DNA of 64,000 nt from Salpingoeca rosetta (taxonomy: Eukaryota; Protista; Choanoflagellata). The stretch lies in NCBI GenBank assembly GCA_033442325.1, contig JAWQFM010000023.1, positions 814,410-878,409 of the forward strand. The letters are read 5' to 3'. The translations under genes and the position numbers were made by a program. The notes beneath the pieces are model-generated. The model made no database searches. It was not told where the DNA came from and saw nothing but the letters and a program-made list of their open reading frames with translations. Below, one piece after another: positions 1 to 45,918 of this stretch (positions within the stretch are counted from its first letter, which is position 1; each line of letters starts with the position of its first letter).

Positions 1-13
1 TCTCGTCCTACAG

Positions 14-168
14 CCACCTCGAGCCCATGAGGTGGTTTGATGGCGTCAGCGTCGCCCCAATCCACACCGACCAGACACAGGTGCGCGGAAGACATGATGC
101 TGGTGGTTGTTGAGGTGACGCTCGTGTCTCTTGGTTGATGTCATCGTGTCCGTCGTACAGTCGTTCTT

Positions 169-199
<31 letters not shown>

Positions 200-1502
200 C
201 ACACACGCACGCACACACACACACACGCACACACACACACACACACACCTGGTACCATAGGTGTCGTCGGAGCCGCCCTCCCCTGTGGAGAAGAAGAAAC
301 CAAACGGTCTGGAGGGATTTAGCGGCTCATACCTCGAGTACCTCATCGCAAACACCGCACACAACGGCGATGGTGATGGTGATGGTGATGGTGGCGGCGG
401 TGAAGCCACAACGTCTGCAGAGACACACGGCACAACGACAACCAACTCCACAGATGAACACCAACAGCAACAATTACAACAGCAGCAAAAGGACACTCAA
501 AGCGCCAACACAGCGACACCAACGAGTGACAAGACAGAAGACATCGATGTCGACGACGACGACGATGATGATGAGGAAGATAATGAAGAGCTGCGAGCCC
601 ACTTTGCCAGCGCTCAACTCTCACACAACAGCAAGCACGAGGCTGTTCACGCCCGCAGCGCTGCTGCTGCTGATGATGATGACGATGATGATGATGGCAG
701 AAGCACTGGCCAGCTGTCGAGCACGGTGACCACGGGCCGCGTGTCACCAGTGGTGCAGCGACAGCGGCGGTCGGATGCGATCGTCGTGGAGGGGAAGCCT
801 GAGGATGGGAAGCAAAGTGCAGGCAAAGACGAGCAACAACAGCACAGTGAACAGCAACAACAGCACATTGAACAGCCACAACAGCACAGCGAACAGCAAC
901 GCAGCCAGCAGAAGCCACAGAAGCAGGGTGACGATGGCGATGCTGATGACGATGAAGATCTGTTTGCAATGTTGCAGCGGTTCAAATCACACCAGAAAAT
1001 GGCAACGCCCGCCATCATTGCACACGAGGACAGCGCACGGTCAGGTTCGACCAACACCACAGCTGAGAACGATGCGCACAACGGCAGCCACCGCGCTGAT
1101 GACGGTGATGATGGTGATGATGTGGATGACCAGAATGAAGGGGCAGTTGTTGAGCGCACACCGAGCGCCCGCGATGCCCTGTTTGACGTGATTGTGGAGT
1201 ACCAGAAGCGGCAGTACAACGACCAGCGCAGCAACTCCGACGACTCCATCATCGTCGCCAGCATCATGGTCAATGACAAATGCACCAATGCAAAGGGCAG
1301 CCGTGATGGTCGCCATGCCAATGGCAATGGCACTCCCAAGCACGAGAATGGCAGCCAACGAGACGGCCACAGCCACGACGGCGTCAGCACCAGTGCACCA
1401 GCACCACCAGCACCACCGACACCACCACACGGCCTCGATTGCGATGGCGGCGTTGACGGTCACGACGATGACGCGTGGAGTAGCGTGAGCGACCTTCTCT
1501 AG
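14..1502 (+). CDS. 3' part of a gene for an acidic/Gln-rich, probably disordered protein with a GoLoco (GPR) motif; 5' end lies upstream of the window
   Basis: Exon 14-80 (HLEPMRWFDGVSVAPIHTDQTQ), phase-0 GT..AG intron 81-260, terminal exon 261-1502 ending in TAG. Contains DALFDVIVEYQKRQYNDQRS, which matches the GoLoco consensus ending in D/E-Q-R. Confidence 0.65.
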
Positions 1503-2174
1503 CGCAATCAGGAACATGTTCTTTGGTGGCTGGTCGCCGTTCCGTGACCACAGCCGTCTGCATTTGTGTTGCCCTTGACGACAGCTTGCTCACTTGCTCG
1601 CTTACTTGCTCGCTTGTACAAACGATCTTTCGTTGCGTGCACGCACTCACGTGGATCCATCCCCTTTGCAAGCAAGCCATGAACACACACCCCCCCTCCC
1701 CTTTCCTCTCTTTTTCTTCTCTTTATCTTCTGCTCGTGGTGGTGACTTTGCTGTTCGCTGGTCGTTGTTCATACGTTACCCACAACATGGTGAAGCGGGG
1801 AATGTCAGAGACATGATGTGTGCATAAAGGAGGGCTGCCAGTACACAAAAGACACAAGTGAAAGACAAGCGAAAGGGTGTGGTTATCTGCACGTGTGCAG
1901 GAGTGAAGCACAACAGCTATTCTTCTCATCAGTCGAAGCGAAAGAGTGACATGATAAGCTAAGTAGTCAAACAGAGCCAGTAACCGCACGTGCTACGTGC
2001 AACAAACAATCAAGGGCAAAGCAGAAATGATGCATGCAGAAGAAAAACAAAAACAAAAACAAAGCCAGAAACAGTGTGTACAACAATGCGAGCGCACACA
2101 CAACGAAAGCACGCATCCACACGACAACGTTTCACACACACACACACACACACACGCACACACACACACACACA

Positions 2175-2231
<57 letters not shown>

Positions 2232-2267
2232 TCACACACACTCACACACAGTCGTCTGGTTCCTTGT

Positions 2268-9493
<7,226 letters not shown>

Positions 9494-10476
9494 GGCTGGT
9501 TTGCTGAGTTGTGGGTGTGTATGCGTCAGCGGAAGAATGGATGGGTGGATTGGCACTGCTTTCCCGACTCAACGCCCTTTGCGGCCACGCGCCAATGTTG
9601 GCAGGTACAGCCGTCAGCGGCCACACCGTAACTCTGGCTTACAGCGACAAGCGAGCGAGTCTGGATCGCGAGGTCCAGTCACAAACGAACTGGCTGCGAC
9701 AGCACAGCGCAGCGCAGGGTCGGACAGGACAGGACACAGCCTGCTGCGCAACAACGCCGACAAGAGGACGGCAACGAGAGAGAGAGAGGGGGAGGAGGGG
9801 CAGCACCGAAATAACGAGCTAATTGGCCTTCGCACACTCCAATGCACCAACAGCGAGCGGTATTGAAAACGGGAAGGAGGCGCAACGCAACACACCAGAG
9901 CCGGTGTGGCGGCGTGGGCCGGGGAGGGAGAATTGGCACTCAAGAGAGGGGAGGAGAACAAGAGAAGCGCAGGCACAAAGGGAGGAGATGGATCAAGAAA
10001 CGCGTGGGGCAGCAAGCGGGGGAGAAAGAAGGGGGGCGAGCTCGTGGCAATGGTTGTGTGCATGCAGAAACAACAACGACGACGACGACGACGATGACAA
10101 ACAAACACACACACACACACACACACACACAAGACACACGCAAGGACGCAGCGAGCCAGCAACAAACACGCACCAAACACCCGTCAGCTTCGCTTCGCCT
10201 CTTTGTGTGACTGATGTGTCTCCGCAAGCAAGCAACAAGCAACGACAATGGGAAGCAAAAACTTTGCGGAAATTTATTGCAAGATATATTCACAAACGCT
10301 TGGCAGGAGGAGAAGCGAAAGCAAGAATGATTGACGTGCAGGGTGTGATGGCCACGCAGTGTTCATGCTCCACGCACAGACAACATACAGACACAGACAC
10401 ACAGACACACACAGAGACACATACAGACGCACACCAATAGGCGCCTCGGATATGAACAAGTGATAACGCCCACAGG

Positions 10477-31282
<20,806 letters not shown>

Positions 31283-31691
31283 GGCCGTGTGTCTTGATCT
31301 AGACTTGCGTGCGTGGTGTGGGTGTGCATGTACGTGTATTCGCGTGTGTGTGTGTGTGTGTGCGTACATGGGTGTGAGAGACACAAAAAGAACCAAGACA
31401 AGAACAGTTGCTAAAGAACATGTAGCACTGGCAAGGCTGACAACATGTGTCCACGCTATCCATCCATCCATCCACCATGTACACGTCCCCGCACCCACTC
31501 CTCACCCACGCACTGTTGCAGAGCACCAACCAACCAACCAAATCCTCCTCTTCCTCGCTCGCTCGCGGCCGACACAGCAGTGATCGCTTCACCGGCATAA
31601 ACTGATTTCAGTCTCCTTGCGTCAAGCCCCAATACGAACACAAGATAAGCACCCACACTCTCAACACGTGCATTCAAGTGCACACACGCAC

Positions 31692-31786
<95 letters not shown>

Positions 31787-31832
31787 CGCACACACACACA
31801 CGCACACACACACACACGCACACACACACACG

Positions 31833-31926
<94 letters not shown>

Positions 31927-31958
31927 CAAACACGCATCTACATACGCACACACACATC
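31283..31958. promoter_or_regulatory. Putative bidirectional promoter between divergent TOR and JmjC genes, containing a ~270-bp CA tract
   Basis: Head-to-head ATGs at 31282 (-) and 31959 (+). No specific motif was identified. Confidence 0.4.
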
Positions 31959-32688
31959 ATGGCAGAGGCGCGATTTGTTGTTGAGCAGCACAAGAAGGAG
32001 GGCGCGTTCGGTAGCGATGAATCGTCGTTCCTGTTCTCCGACATCCTGCGAGACTGGGGCCTGTGGGACCTGCTGAAGACCGCGTACGCAGACTCTGGCC
32101 TGCCCGATGAGCCACCAGCAGCCCTGCCTTGGGTGTGCCACATGTGCCCAACGGCATCCACGGAGGAGGAGCTCTTGCACTGGTTGAATGAGGGCGTGCC
32201 GTGCTTCGTCTCAGAGGACCATGCCAGGGACGTGTACGCCAAGTGCGGCGAGGATGCGCTGGAGTTTGTCACCGACGACAGGTGGAACACCTTCCCAAAG
32301 CCACGCATTGCCTTCAAGAGCGGGTGGGGGCAGCCTGGGACGCCAATCTCGGACTACGAGAAGCTGGCGCTCGTGTCGTCCTTCAAGGAGGTGCTTGACA
32401 GCGACGAGGTGCTGAACCTCCAGATGTTCCACCGCAAGGGCGCGGAGGAGCCCAACCTGCCCTGCCTCCCGCTCGACCTGCAGTGGCCGCTGCCCGAGGT
32501 TTTTGGCCACAAGGCCGAGAGCGTGCTTGAGAGCGAGCGCTTCAACGAAGACGAGCAGCAGGCTTTGCAAGGCGGCCGCCAGTCGCAACACGTGGGTGCA
32601 GGTGTCGTCGTGGACAATGCCACGCGCATCTCCAAACAGGCCGCCCTCACCTGGTGGCACCTCGACGATGGCGGCGAGTTTGTCTTCC

Positions 32689-32770
<82 letters not shown>

Positions 32771-33475
32771 CATGTGGCCTGTGACTGTGTATGCATCTGC
32801 GTGTTTACGATACATGTGTGTGTGTGTGGCTTGTGGCTTGTGGCTGTGACTACACACATGCACATGTGCGCGTGTTAATCACGCTCCAATCCCCCTTTCC
32901 CCAAACACACACGCACACACGCCAGGTTGCGCTGCCGCTGAAGGCGCCCGCATACCTGCGCGGGCCCACGGGGAAACCCGTGACAAAAGTGTTTGTGTTT
33001 GCGTCGCTGGACGCGTACGACCTCATGTACCAGGACGACCGCACCAACGACGACTACCTCATCTCCGCCCTCGATCTCTTCCGCACGCCCGCGCACCACC
33101 TCCCATATGACGCAGCAGCGCAGCGAGCGCGCGTGCCCCACCTGTGGATTGCAGCGCTGGAGGCCGGCGGGCGCCCGCTGCTGTCCACGCCAAACGTGCC
33201 GCACCTCGTGCTCACCACGCAGGACTGCGTGATGGTGGAGCAGCGACGTGTCGGCAAGCTGTTTGTGGACGAGGTTGCCTACTTTGTACAGCGGGTCAAG
33301 CGGTGGTCAGAGCCGCCCGTCATGTACTCGTTTATCACACACGAGCTGCAGAACGCGGCGTACCTCGCAAGCACGTTCGTCCCCTTTCTCATGCACGTTG
33401 CACGCAATGCCCTCAGTGGCAACAGCGACGACTCTGCTGGCAGCGGTGATGATGACGATGATGGTGGTGATGATG

Positions 33476-33507
<32 letters not shown>

Positions 33508-33769
33508 GATGCAAAGGCTGCTCATTCTCAACACCAACAACGGTATCATCACCAGCAGTTGGATAAGCCGACGCTGATTGCTCGGCGAGCGCTAGCGTCG
33601 CTGCGTGCACTGCACCAGCACCACAAGCTCTTCAACGTGGCCCCCGACACGCGAGAGGCCATTGCCGCGTTTCTTGCATCCATCGCAACTGCTGCTGCCG
33701 GTGGTGATGATGGTGATGATGTTGGCGCTGCAAAGCAGGACACACATCAGCAGCAGCAGCAGCAGCAGG

Positions 33770-33810
<41 letters not shown>

Positions 33811-34251
33811 GCGAAGGAGGGGGCGGCAAAGGGGCAGCAAGCTCACGACCACGCACCATCGTCATCACCATCATCACCACCATCGTCATCACCTGGCCAT
33901 GTTAATGCAGCGCGTGCACGCGCTGCCCTTGTGAGCGATCCGCGCGAGCAGACCATCAACACGGTCATCTCCCGTATCCGGCAGTCCGTTGTCGGCGTCT
34001 CCCCGATGTCCGATGCCGAGTTTGTTGCGCGTGTGCACGTGGACGGCTGCCCGCGCTTTGGTGTTGTGCGCACAGCCACCGCCGCAGCAACAGCCGACCT
34101 CGCTGTGCTCAGGGCCAAGGCGGACGAAGGCAGTGGTGTCCTGGACAGCGCACTGCTGCACATGCACACGCACCACGACACGGCCATGTTTGACGCTGCA
34201 TCCGCGCCCGCCGCCAATACCGAGCCCTCCTTTGATGACCTCTTTGACTGA
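31959..34251 (+). CDS. JmjC-domain Fe(II)/2-oxoglutarate dioxygenase (KDM2/KDM7-like core), 2 exons
   Basis: ATG at 31959, intron 32691-32925, TGA at 34249-34251. Motifs: ALTWWHLDDGG (T..HxD), TKVFVF (2OG-binding Lys) and PNVPHLVLTTQDCVMV (distal His). Poly-D and poly-Q tracts follow. Confidence 0.75.
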
Positions 34252-34336
34252 CGAGGGGGAGGAGGAGGTTATTTCTGCGTCTGTGCGTGTATGTATGTGT
34301 GTATACATGTGTGCTTGTGTGTGTGTGTGTGTTGTG

Positions 34337-34414
<78 letters not shown>

Positions 34415-34734
34415 TGTTCATGTGCTTGTGTGTGTGTGTGTGTTTTCGTCTGTGTGTGCGTTGCTTTGGTTGACGCCACATTTGTGGTTTGGGGCCGTTC
34501 ATTCGACGACTACAGTAAAGCTCGAACCAAACGATAGTGCGGACAGATAACACAGCAATAAAGAAGAGCAAACAGCGCACAAATGTGAAAATACACGTTT
34601 CTGTGCAACACAACCACAGATATTCAGCTTATGCACAAGCACACACTCAAGCACAAGCACGCACAAGCACACACAAGCACGCACAAGCACACACAAGCAC
34701 ATTTGCACACTTTCTCCCTCGTCTCTCGTTAGCG

Positions 34735-38791
<4,057 letters not shown>

Positions 38792-39016
38792 GTTGGTTGG
38801 CTTGTGCTGTGGGTGGACTGAATTCAGTTGCAGGGTGTAGAAACTGATTTCAGGGCGCAGTGTTGTTTGTGTTGATGCGAGGGGGGAAAGCAAGCAAAGG
38901 AGGCAGAAGCACAACAAGAGACAGCGTGCACAGAAGCACAGTCACATTGTCACAACCCTCCTCCAACTATTCTTCTTTGCGTCACTCGCTTGACACCAGC
39001 AACGACAGCAACGACG

Positions 39017-39137
39017 ATGGACGAGCAAAGACCACCTGCAGCGCCTATGTCGACTTCAGAGAAGGCAGCAAAGGAGGCAGCAGAAGCAGCAGCCAACAAG
39101 TCAGCCATGTTGCGTGTGTGTGTGTCTGTATGTGTGC

Positions 39138-39231
<94 letters not shown>

Positions 39232-39475
39232 TTGTGTGTGTCTGTCTGGCACTCGTTTCCCAACTCCCTGATACGACACAATTTTCCTGCCTAACCTGCT
39301 GCTGTGATTATGGATCACATAGGTACATGGTGGCTGCATATGAGCAGAGCGGCAAGCTGATCCCCCTCCTCAATGCCATCCTCCACCCCAGGACCTGCGA
39401 TCGCGCCTACAAGACAGGCACTGTCACACGAGACGTACGTGTCATCGCTGTATGTGTATGTATGTATGTGTGTGC

Positions 39476-39511
<36 letters not shown>

Positions 39512-41493
39512 CGAAGTGGAGACTGAGGGGTGATTGCAATGCGACACATAACGCGCTCACCACCTCACAACGTTGAAACACGCACTGTGCAGGTCCCTTC
39601 AAGTCCAGATCACATTGGCCTCTTCTGTGCTTCCTTCAATGACGAGGATGATCTCTCCTTCAGGTGCAGAGAATGTGTGCTTGTGGCATCCACCCTTGAT
39701 CCAGCTGTGCCCCAGCCGCCTTTCGACTTTGATTTCATTCTCACGCCAGTTCTTCCCACGTCCATCTTATGACGGCAGCTGGATCCCGATGATGTGTCTC
39801 CAATACCAGACGAGACCTACTACTGTCACGCCTGACGAGTACGTTGGGTTCTGGCATGCGCACTGCAGCTTATGTTGGCACGCAATCGATATGACATGTC
39901 TGATCATCGCACCCCACGCTAGCACAAGCAATTCCAAAATCACGCCTCTCCCCAACACACACTCACAAACGCACTCACACACACTCACACATGCACATGC
40001 ACATGCACATGCACATGCACACGCACATACACACACATGTCCACACACGTGAACTCTCTCGTTTCCGTCGGGGTGTAGGCCCGTCAACTTCTTCCACATG
40101 CCTGCGCATCAGCTGAATCACATTCGCATTGCAGAACAAGAGGTACGCCGTTCCAACTTGTACAGTCTCACCCACTCGATCTTGCTTATTCGTCAAGACA
40201 CACGCGCGTGTACACGTATGTACAGCACACGCACACACATGCACACACACGCACACACACACACAATGGACAAATGCACACTCGTGAGAGCTTGGACACT
40301 ACCACCCACACTGCTGTCTTTTCTCCCTCTGTCCACCTGTTCTCTGGTCACCAACAGGACCGAGCAGAAGTGGTGGTGTTCTTGGATCGCTACGCAACGC
40401 GGCTCCCAGCGTTCACCTTCAAGAACAAGGCGTTTACCCGCATCCTCTCTGAGCTGCAGAGCAACGACGGATATCAGGTGTTCTCTGATCCCGTCCTCGA
40501 TCAAGACGACGCAAAGGCCATTGCCCTTCTGCCCCCGCCCAGCCATGTCGCACGCGAGACACAGGTCGGTGTGTGTCTGTGTGATCTGTCTGTGTCTGTG
40601 TCTGTCTGTCTGTGATCTGTGTGTGTGTGGGTCTCTGTCTGTCTGTTTGAGAGTCAGAAACACAACTGCCCGCACCCTCCCTGATTCCTCACACCTGTGT
40701 GCGTGTCGGCTGATTGTTTGTCGTGCAGGCCGTGGACGTTCGACGGCGATCCCGCTCCGGATCGTACGTTCATATTCGCACATGCACACACACGCACACA
40801 TCCACATACAGAAGAGCACGTGCATTAACGTGCATTAATTCGAACACTCACGCTCACACCTTCCTCATCACTCCCTCGCCACCACTGCAGGCTCGGGCGC
40901 GCTGTTCGCAAGACCCTGCGCAGTTTCCACCAGCTCATGGGCGGCACCACCACCACCAGCAGCAGCAGCAGCAGCAGCACCACCACCACCACCACCACCA
41001 GCAGCAGCAGCAACAGCAATGGTAGTGGTGATTATGATGCGGTGTCCAACACGCGACCAGGAGCCAGTCATCATCGTGGTCGACATCGTCGACATGGCGG
41101 TGGCCGGCGTGGTGTTAGCTTGGCGTCGGCACCCGTGACAGCGCGGCACTCGTGCGATGCGAAGCTGTTGGCGCAACGGAGGGCTGTGCGTGAGGCGCCG
41201 GTGTGGACGGAGGACGAGGAGACGTTTCTAAACGCGTTTGTGTGCACGGCGCCTATCCCAACCATGGACGCATTGCATCAGGAAACGCTGCTGCTCTCCA
41301 TGAGTGGCGGTGACGATGGTGATGGTGGTGATACCAATGGCGGTGGTGGTGGTGATGGTGGTAATGGCGAGGATGATGTGGACGGACGTGGGAGGAGGGA
41401 CGAGCAGGTGAAGAGGGAAGAACGTGGGAACCTCCATGAGGAATCAGAACAACAACAACAACAACAGCAACAACAACAACAACAACAACAACT

Positions 41494-41565
<72 letters not shown>

Positions 41566-43646
41566 GCAGCAACAGCAACAACAACAACAGCAGCAGCAGC
41601 AGCAGCAGCAACAACAACAACAAGGAGATTATGACGATGATGACGGGAATGCGCTGCTGTTTCTGGCGCGCGTCTCAGGGCTGACTGGAGAGAATCTTGC
41701 GTTTATTGAGCGGCTCGTCGGTATCGGACACCAGCAGTTTTGCCAAATCGTCTACCACCACAGCATGCCACACGCGTGAGTGCTTGGTGACCTGTGACGT
41801 GGCACTGAATCGAAGCTGTCATGTGTGTGTGTGTGTGTGTGTGTGTGCGTATGCGTGTGTGTGTGTGTGTGTGTGTGTGTATTTCTGGTGGCTTTCTGCG
41901 TGCGTGCGCAACGGCCGTCGCACTTTGTTTGCTCTGTCTGCTTCACTTGCCATCATTCACAGACACACACGCACACATGCACATGCATATGCACGCTCTC
42001 TCACCTCTGTAAACACGCTTCCTCGTCTGCACTGCCTAATCCACACGCTCTCAACCTCCTCCGCCCAACCCCACAACCCACACGCCTCCTCCTCGTCTCC
42101 GCTGCAGTGTGCGCTGTGTGCTGTGGCCGTACCTGCTTGGCGTGTACACGTGGAACAGCACGTGTCGCGAGCTGCAGCAGCAGCAGGCGGCCATTTTCCG
42201 CGAGTACAGCGCTCTGCTGCACCTCATCAGCGATCCCGCTGCCAAGGACGTCGCCGCCATCCACGAACACGTGAGGGAGGGCGGGTGCTGGGCGATTGTG
42301 TCTGTCTGGGAGAAGCGGGGGGAAGGGGACTGTGTGTTGTTGTGCTCTAGTGTTGTGCGTGTGAGTGGCGAGGGGGGGGTGAGATTCGATTGCTTTGTTT
42401 GGCTTCTTGGATCTTGTTCTGACTCACGTATTTCACACACACACGCGCACGCTCACTCACTCACACGCGCTCACACACATACGCGTGTGAACAATGCGAA
42501 CGCCACAGGCGCGGATCATCGCGTGCGACATTGAGCGGGCGGATGTGCACTTCAGTCAGCGCTTCGGTGGTGGCAGAGACGAGTTTATGCGCCACCTCCA
42601 CAACATTCTCCACGCTTACCTCTACCACACGCGCGCGCACTACAGCCAGGCCATGAGCGGTGTGTGTGTGTCTGTGTGTGTGTGTGTGTGTGTGTGCGTG
42701 CGTGCGTGTGCGCGTGTGTGTCTGTGTGTCTGTGTGTGTGCGTGTGTGTCCGTGTGTGTGTCCGTGTGTCCGTGTGTGTCCGTGTGTGTCCGTGTGTGCG
42801 TGTGTCTGTGTCTGTGTCTGTGTGTGACATGGCAGGGTGATTGAACACGGCTTTATGCTCTCTCTACACGCGATGTTACTCGCCCTGCCCCTCACCCATC
42901 TCACTCGTCGTCTCCCCCCCCCCCTTCCCCATCAGACTTGGTTGAGCCGCTGCTCGCTGTTGTGCACGAGCCGCACATTGCGTACAAGTGCTTTGTCAAC
43001 CTCATGTCCTTTGCCCGCACCCGCTTTGACGCAGCAGACCCAAACAACGCACAGGTGGGACGTGAAGGAAAGGGGAAGGGGGAAGGGGGTTGTATGTTGC
43101 ACACACACGTACACACACACACACACACACAAATGTGGAAGGGGGCGGAGGGATGCATGTGTGCAAAGTCGAGACTTGGCGTGCTGAAGCGTGTGAGGAA
43201 AGTGATTGGGAAAGTGATTGGGAGTTGCCTCACATACAAGCACGCACGTACACACGCACGCACGCACATACATACACACTTGACTCGTGCCAGCACTCGC
43301 TCGGGCACCTGCAGCGGCTGCTGTTCATGTTTGACCGCCCGCTCCATGACGGACTCTCCATCGAGGTGCATCGCACGTGCTTGAGAGAGAGAGAGTGTGT
43401 GTGTGTGTGGGTGTGGGTGTGGGTGTGGGTGTGGGTGGGTGTGTGTGTGAGTGCTTTCGCGTCTGTCTTCCAACCATTCTGTCTGCCTGCACTTGTTCCT
43501 CACTTCATCTCACCCTTTCCTCCTCACCCTTAATCCCACCCCACCCAACTCCCCCTTCCACTGCAGTCTGCGGAGGATTTGTTCGTGTGCTACCGCTGGC
43601 TCCTCGTCGACTTTAAGCGCGAACTGAGCGCCGAGAACGTGAGCAA

Positions 43647-43699
<53 letters not shown>

Positions 43700-44113
43700 T
43701 ACACACATATTCATCGTGTGCCCAGCCCACATTCCGCAACAGCCCACCAACACCACGTCAAATACACAACACACCACATCCGCTTCTACACTCATCAGTC
43801 ACCTCCTCGTGTTCCTTTTGATCCAACACCCTCACCCGCTTCTTGCCCTTCCTCACACGGTGTCGCCTGCACTGCATCTTACATGGCCACGCTCCTCCTC
43901 TTCCTCTTCCTCCCTCCCTCCCTTCCTTCCTTCCTTCCTTCGTGGCGTGTGACAACATCAGGTGTTCTCTGTGTGGGAGCGACTGTGGGCCGGGCGGTGG
44001 GTCGTGTCGGCCAAGATGCCGCTACTCATGGCGTTTCTCTTCCTCCGCAGACACAGGTGGGCATCGTGGTAGCGGGTGGTGAAATGGTAAACTGGCACAT
44101 GTCCAAACCATTC

Positions 44114-44207
<94 letters not shown>

Positions 44208-44664
44208 TTTCACACAACTGTGCACGGCGTTTCCGCACATTTCACATACGCACACGTACACACACACGAAAACATAGGGGCGTGCTGATTGGCAAGACGC
44301 CGACGGATCTGCTGTCGTTCTTCAACTCGCGAACATCAACGATGACGTGGTGGACATCTTCAAGGATATGGACGTGTTCGTGGCGGAGATGCAAGCGCGC
44401 CTGCAGCACATTGCACCGCTCTCACCGCAGGTCACGCCGCTGTACACGGGGCAACACGGGGTGGAGGAGGGGGTGGACGGGGCGGAAGTGGAGGTGAGGC
44501 AGGGGTCGGAGAATGGAAAAGATAAGGCAGGTAGCGATACTCGGTGTGGTGATGACGACAAAAGGGACGACGGGGAGATGGTATTGGTATCTGAGGACGA
44601 GGGCACGAGGTTGGTGGACACACCACCACCACAGCAGCAACGAAAGGCTGAGAGTGCCACATGA
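39017..44664 (+). CDS. TBC-domain Rab GTPase-activating protein, SGSM/RUTBC or TBC1D15/16-like, with an N-terminal PH-like domain
   Basis: Motifs: LSFSWIPMM and RLPAFTF (PH-like region), [17 protein letters not shown] (Arg finger), HYSQAMSDL (Gln finger), [23 protein letters not shown] and DLLSFFN. Poly-Q at ~41445-41623. Apparent frameshift near 44330. Confidence 0.85.
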
Positions 44665-44733
44665 CCTGCTCGTGCACACGTCCCTTCTCCCCTCTTCTTC
44701 CACTCCCAACTGTCTACACCTCTGTGCGTGCAC

Positions 44734-44796
<63 letters not shown>

Positions 44797-45104
44797 CGTC
44801 GCTGTCGAATTTACATGAACGTGCACGCGATACTGATTGCGATTGCTGTTTTCGGTTTACATTAATGTAATGTTAGAATGTTACACGTGAGCGAATAGTA
44901 AACAAAGCAGGCACAGTCGAATGGCAGTCGCATTCGTGTGCGAGGGATGGATTGTGTAACAGGGCAATGACAGGGGGCGTGATTGTGGCGTGACAACACA
45001 CGTTGCACATGTACAAACACGGCTGTAACGTGTTGTCAATTCGCATCAAGTGTACAGGTCGTTAAATCCTGCTTCAGAAAGTCAGTGATCAACAACTCGC
45101 ACTG

Positions 45105-45866
45105 CTATTGGTGGTGCTGCGTGTATCTGTTTCCTGCCTGTGTTCCCTTCTTTATCTTCTTCGTGGTCCTCTTCGCCTTCTTCGTCTTCTTCACCTTCGC
45201 GCTATTCTGCTTGTCTCCGTGCTGTGTCGGTGTCTGCTGTGTCTGCGGCTGTATTGACGCGACTGTGCCCCGCGTGCCACGCTGCTCTCCATGCATCCCC
45301 TTTGTTCGCTTCAGCACCTGCTCTGCTCGCGTGTACTCCGCCTCCCACTGCCGATGCAGCTTCTCATTCGCCCTCACCATCGCCTCAAGCGTAAATTGCC
45401 CACAGTCTTGCGGCCGCACAACAACGCCGTGGCACGTATCTGGTATGCCTTCCTCTCCATGCTGATAGGCGGCGCTCCGCCGGAGGTTACGCCGCAACAG
45501 CACAGCGCCCTTTCCCTTCCTGCGTCAGTGCGCATGGAGCAGGCATGGATGGGAGGAGAGAAAGGGAGGACACTAAGAGTGACGAGGCAGACGAAGGGAT
45601 GGAAGGAATAGAAGAACCACCTCCGCGCGCACACACACACACACGTACACACACATGCGCATACCTTGGGCGTGCGAGAAAGGATGCTTTGGTGGCGCGC
45701 CGCCAGAGGTCCGTCAACTTGATCTGTCGTGCAGTTGCAGTGGACTGAAGTGGTGGAAATGTGGTGGAGTTAGTGTGTGCACAGATGGTTGAGCGAATGC
45801 GAGTTGGCATGTCACAAAGCAAAGCGAATGCGAGTTGGCCTGCAAACGCAGTCCACACGCACGCAC

Positions 45867-45918
<52 letters not shown>

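Noticed and set aside
39664-39778. Stop and frame change in the TBC N-terminal region
   Set aside because: Explained by a normal GT..AG intron that gives LSFSWIPMM.
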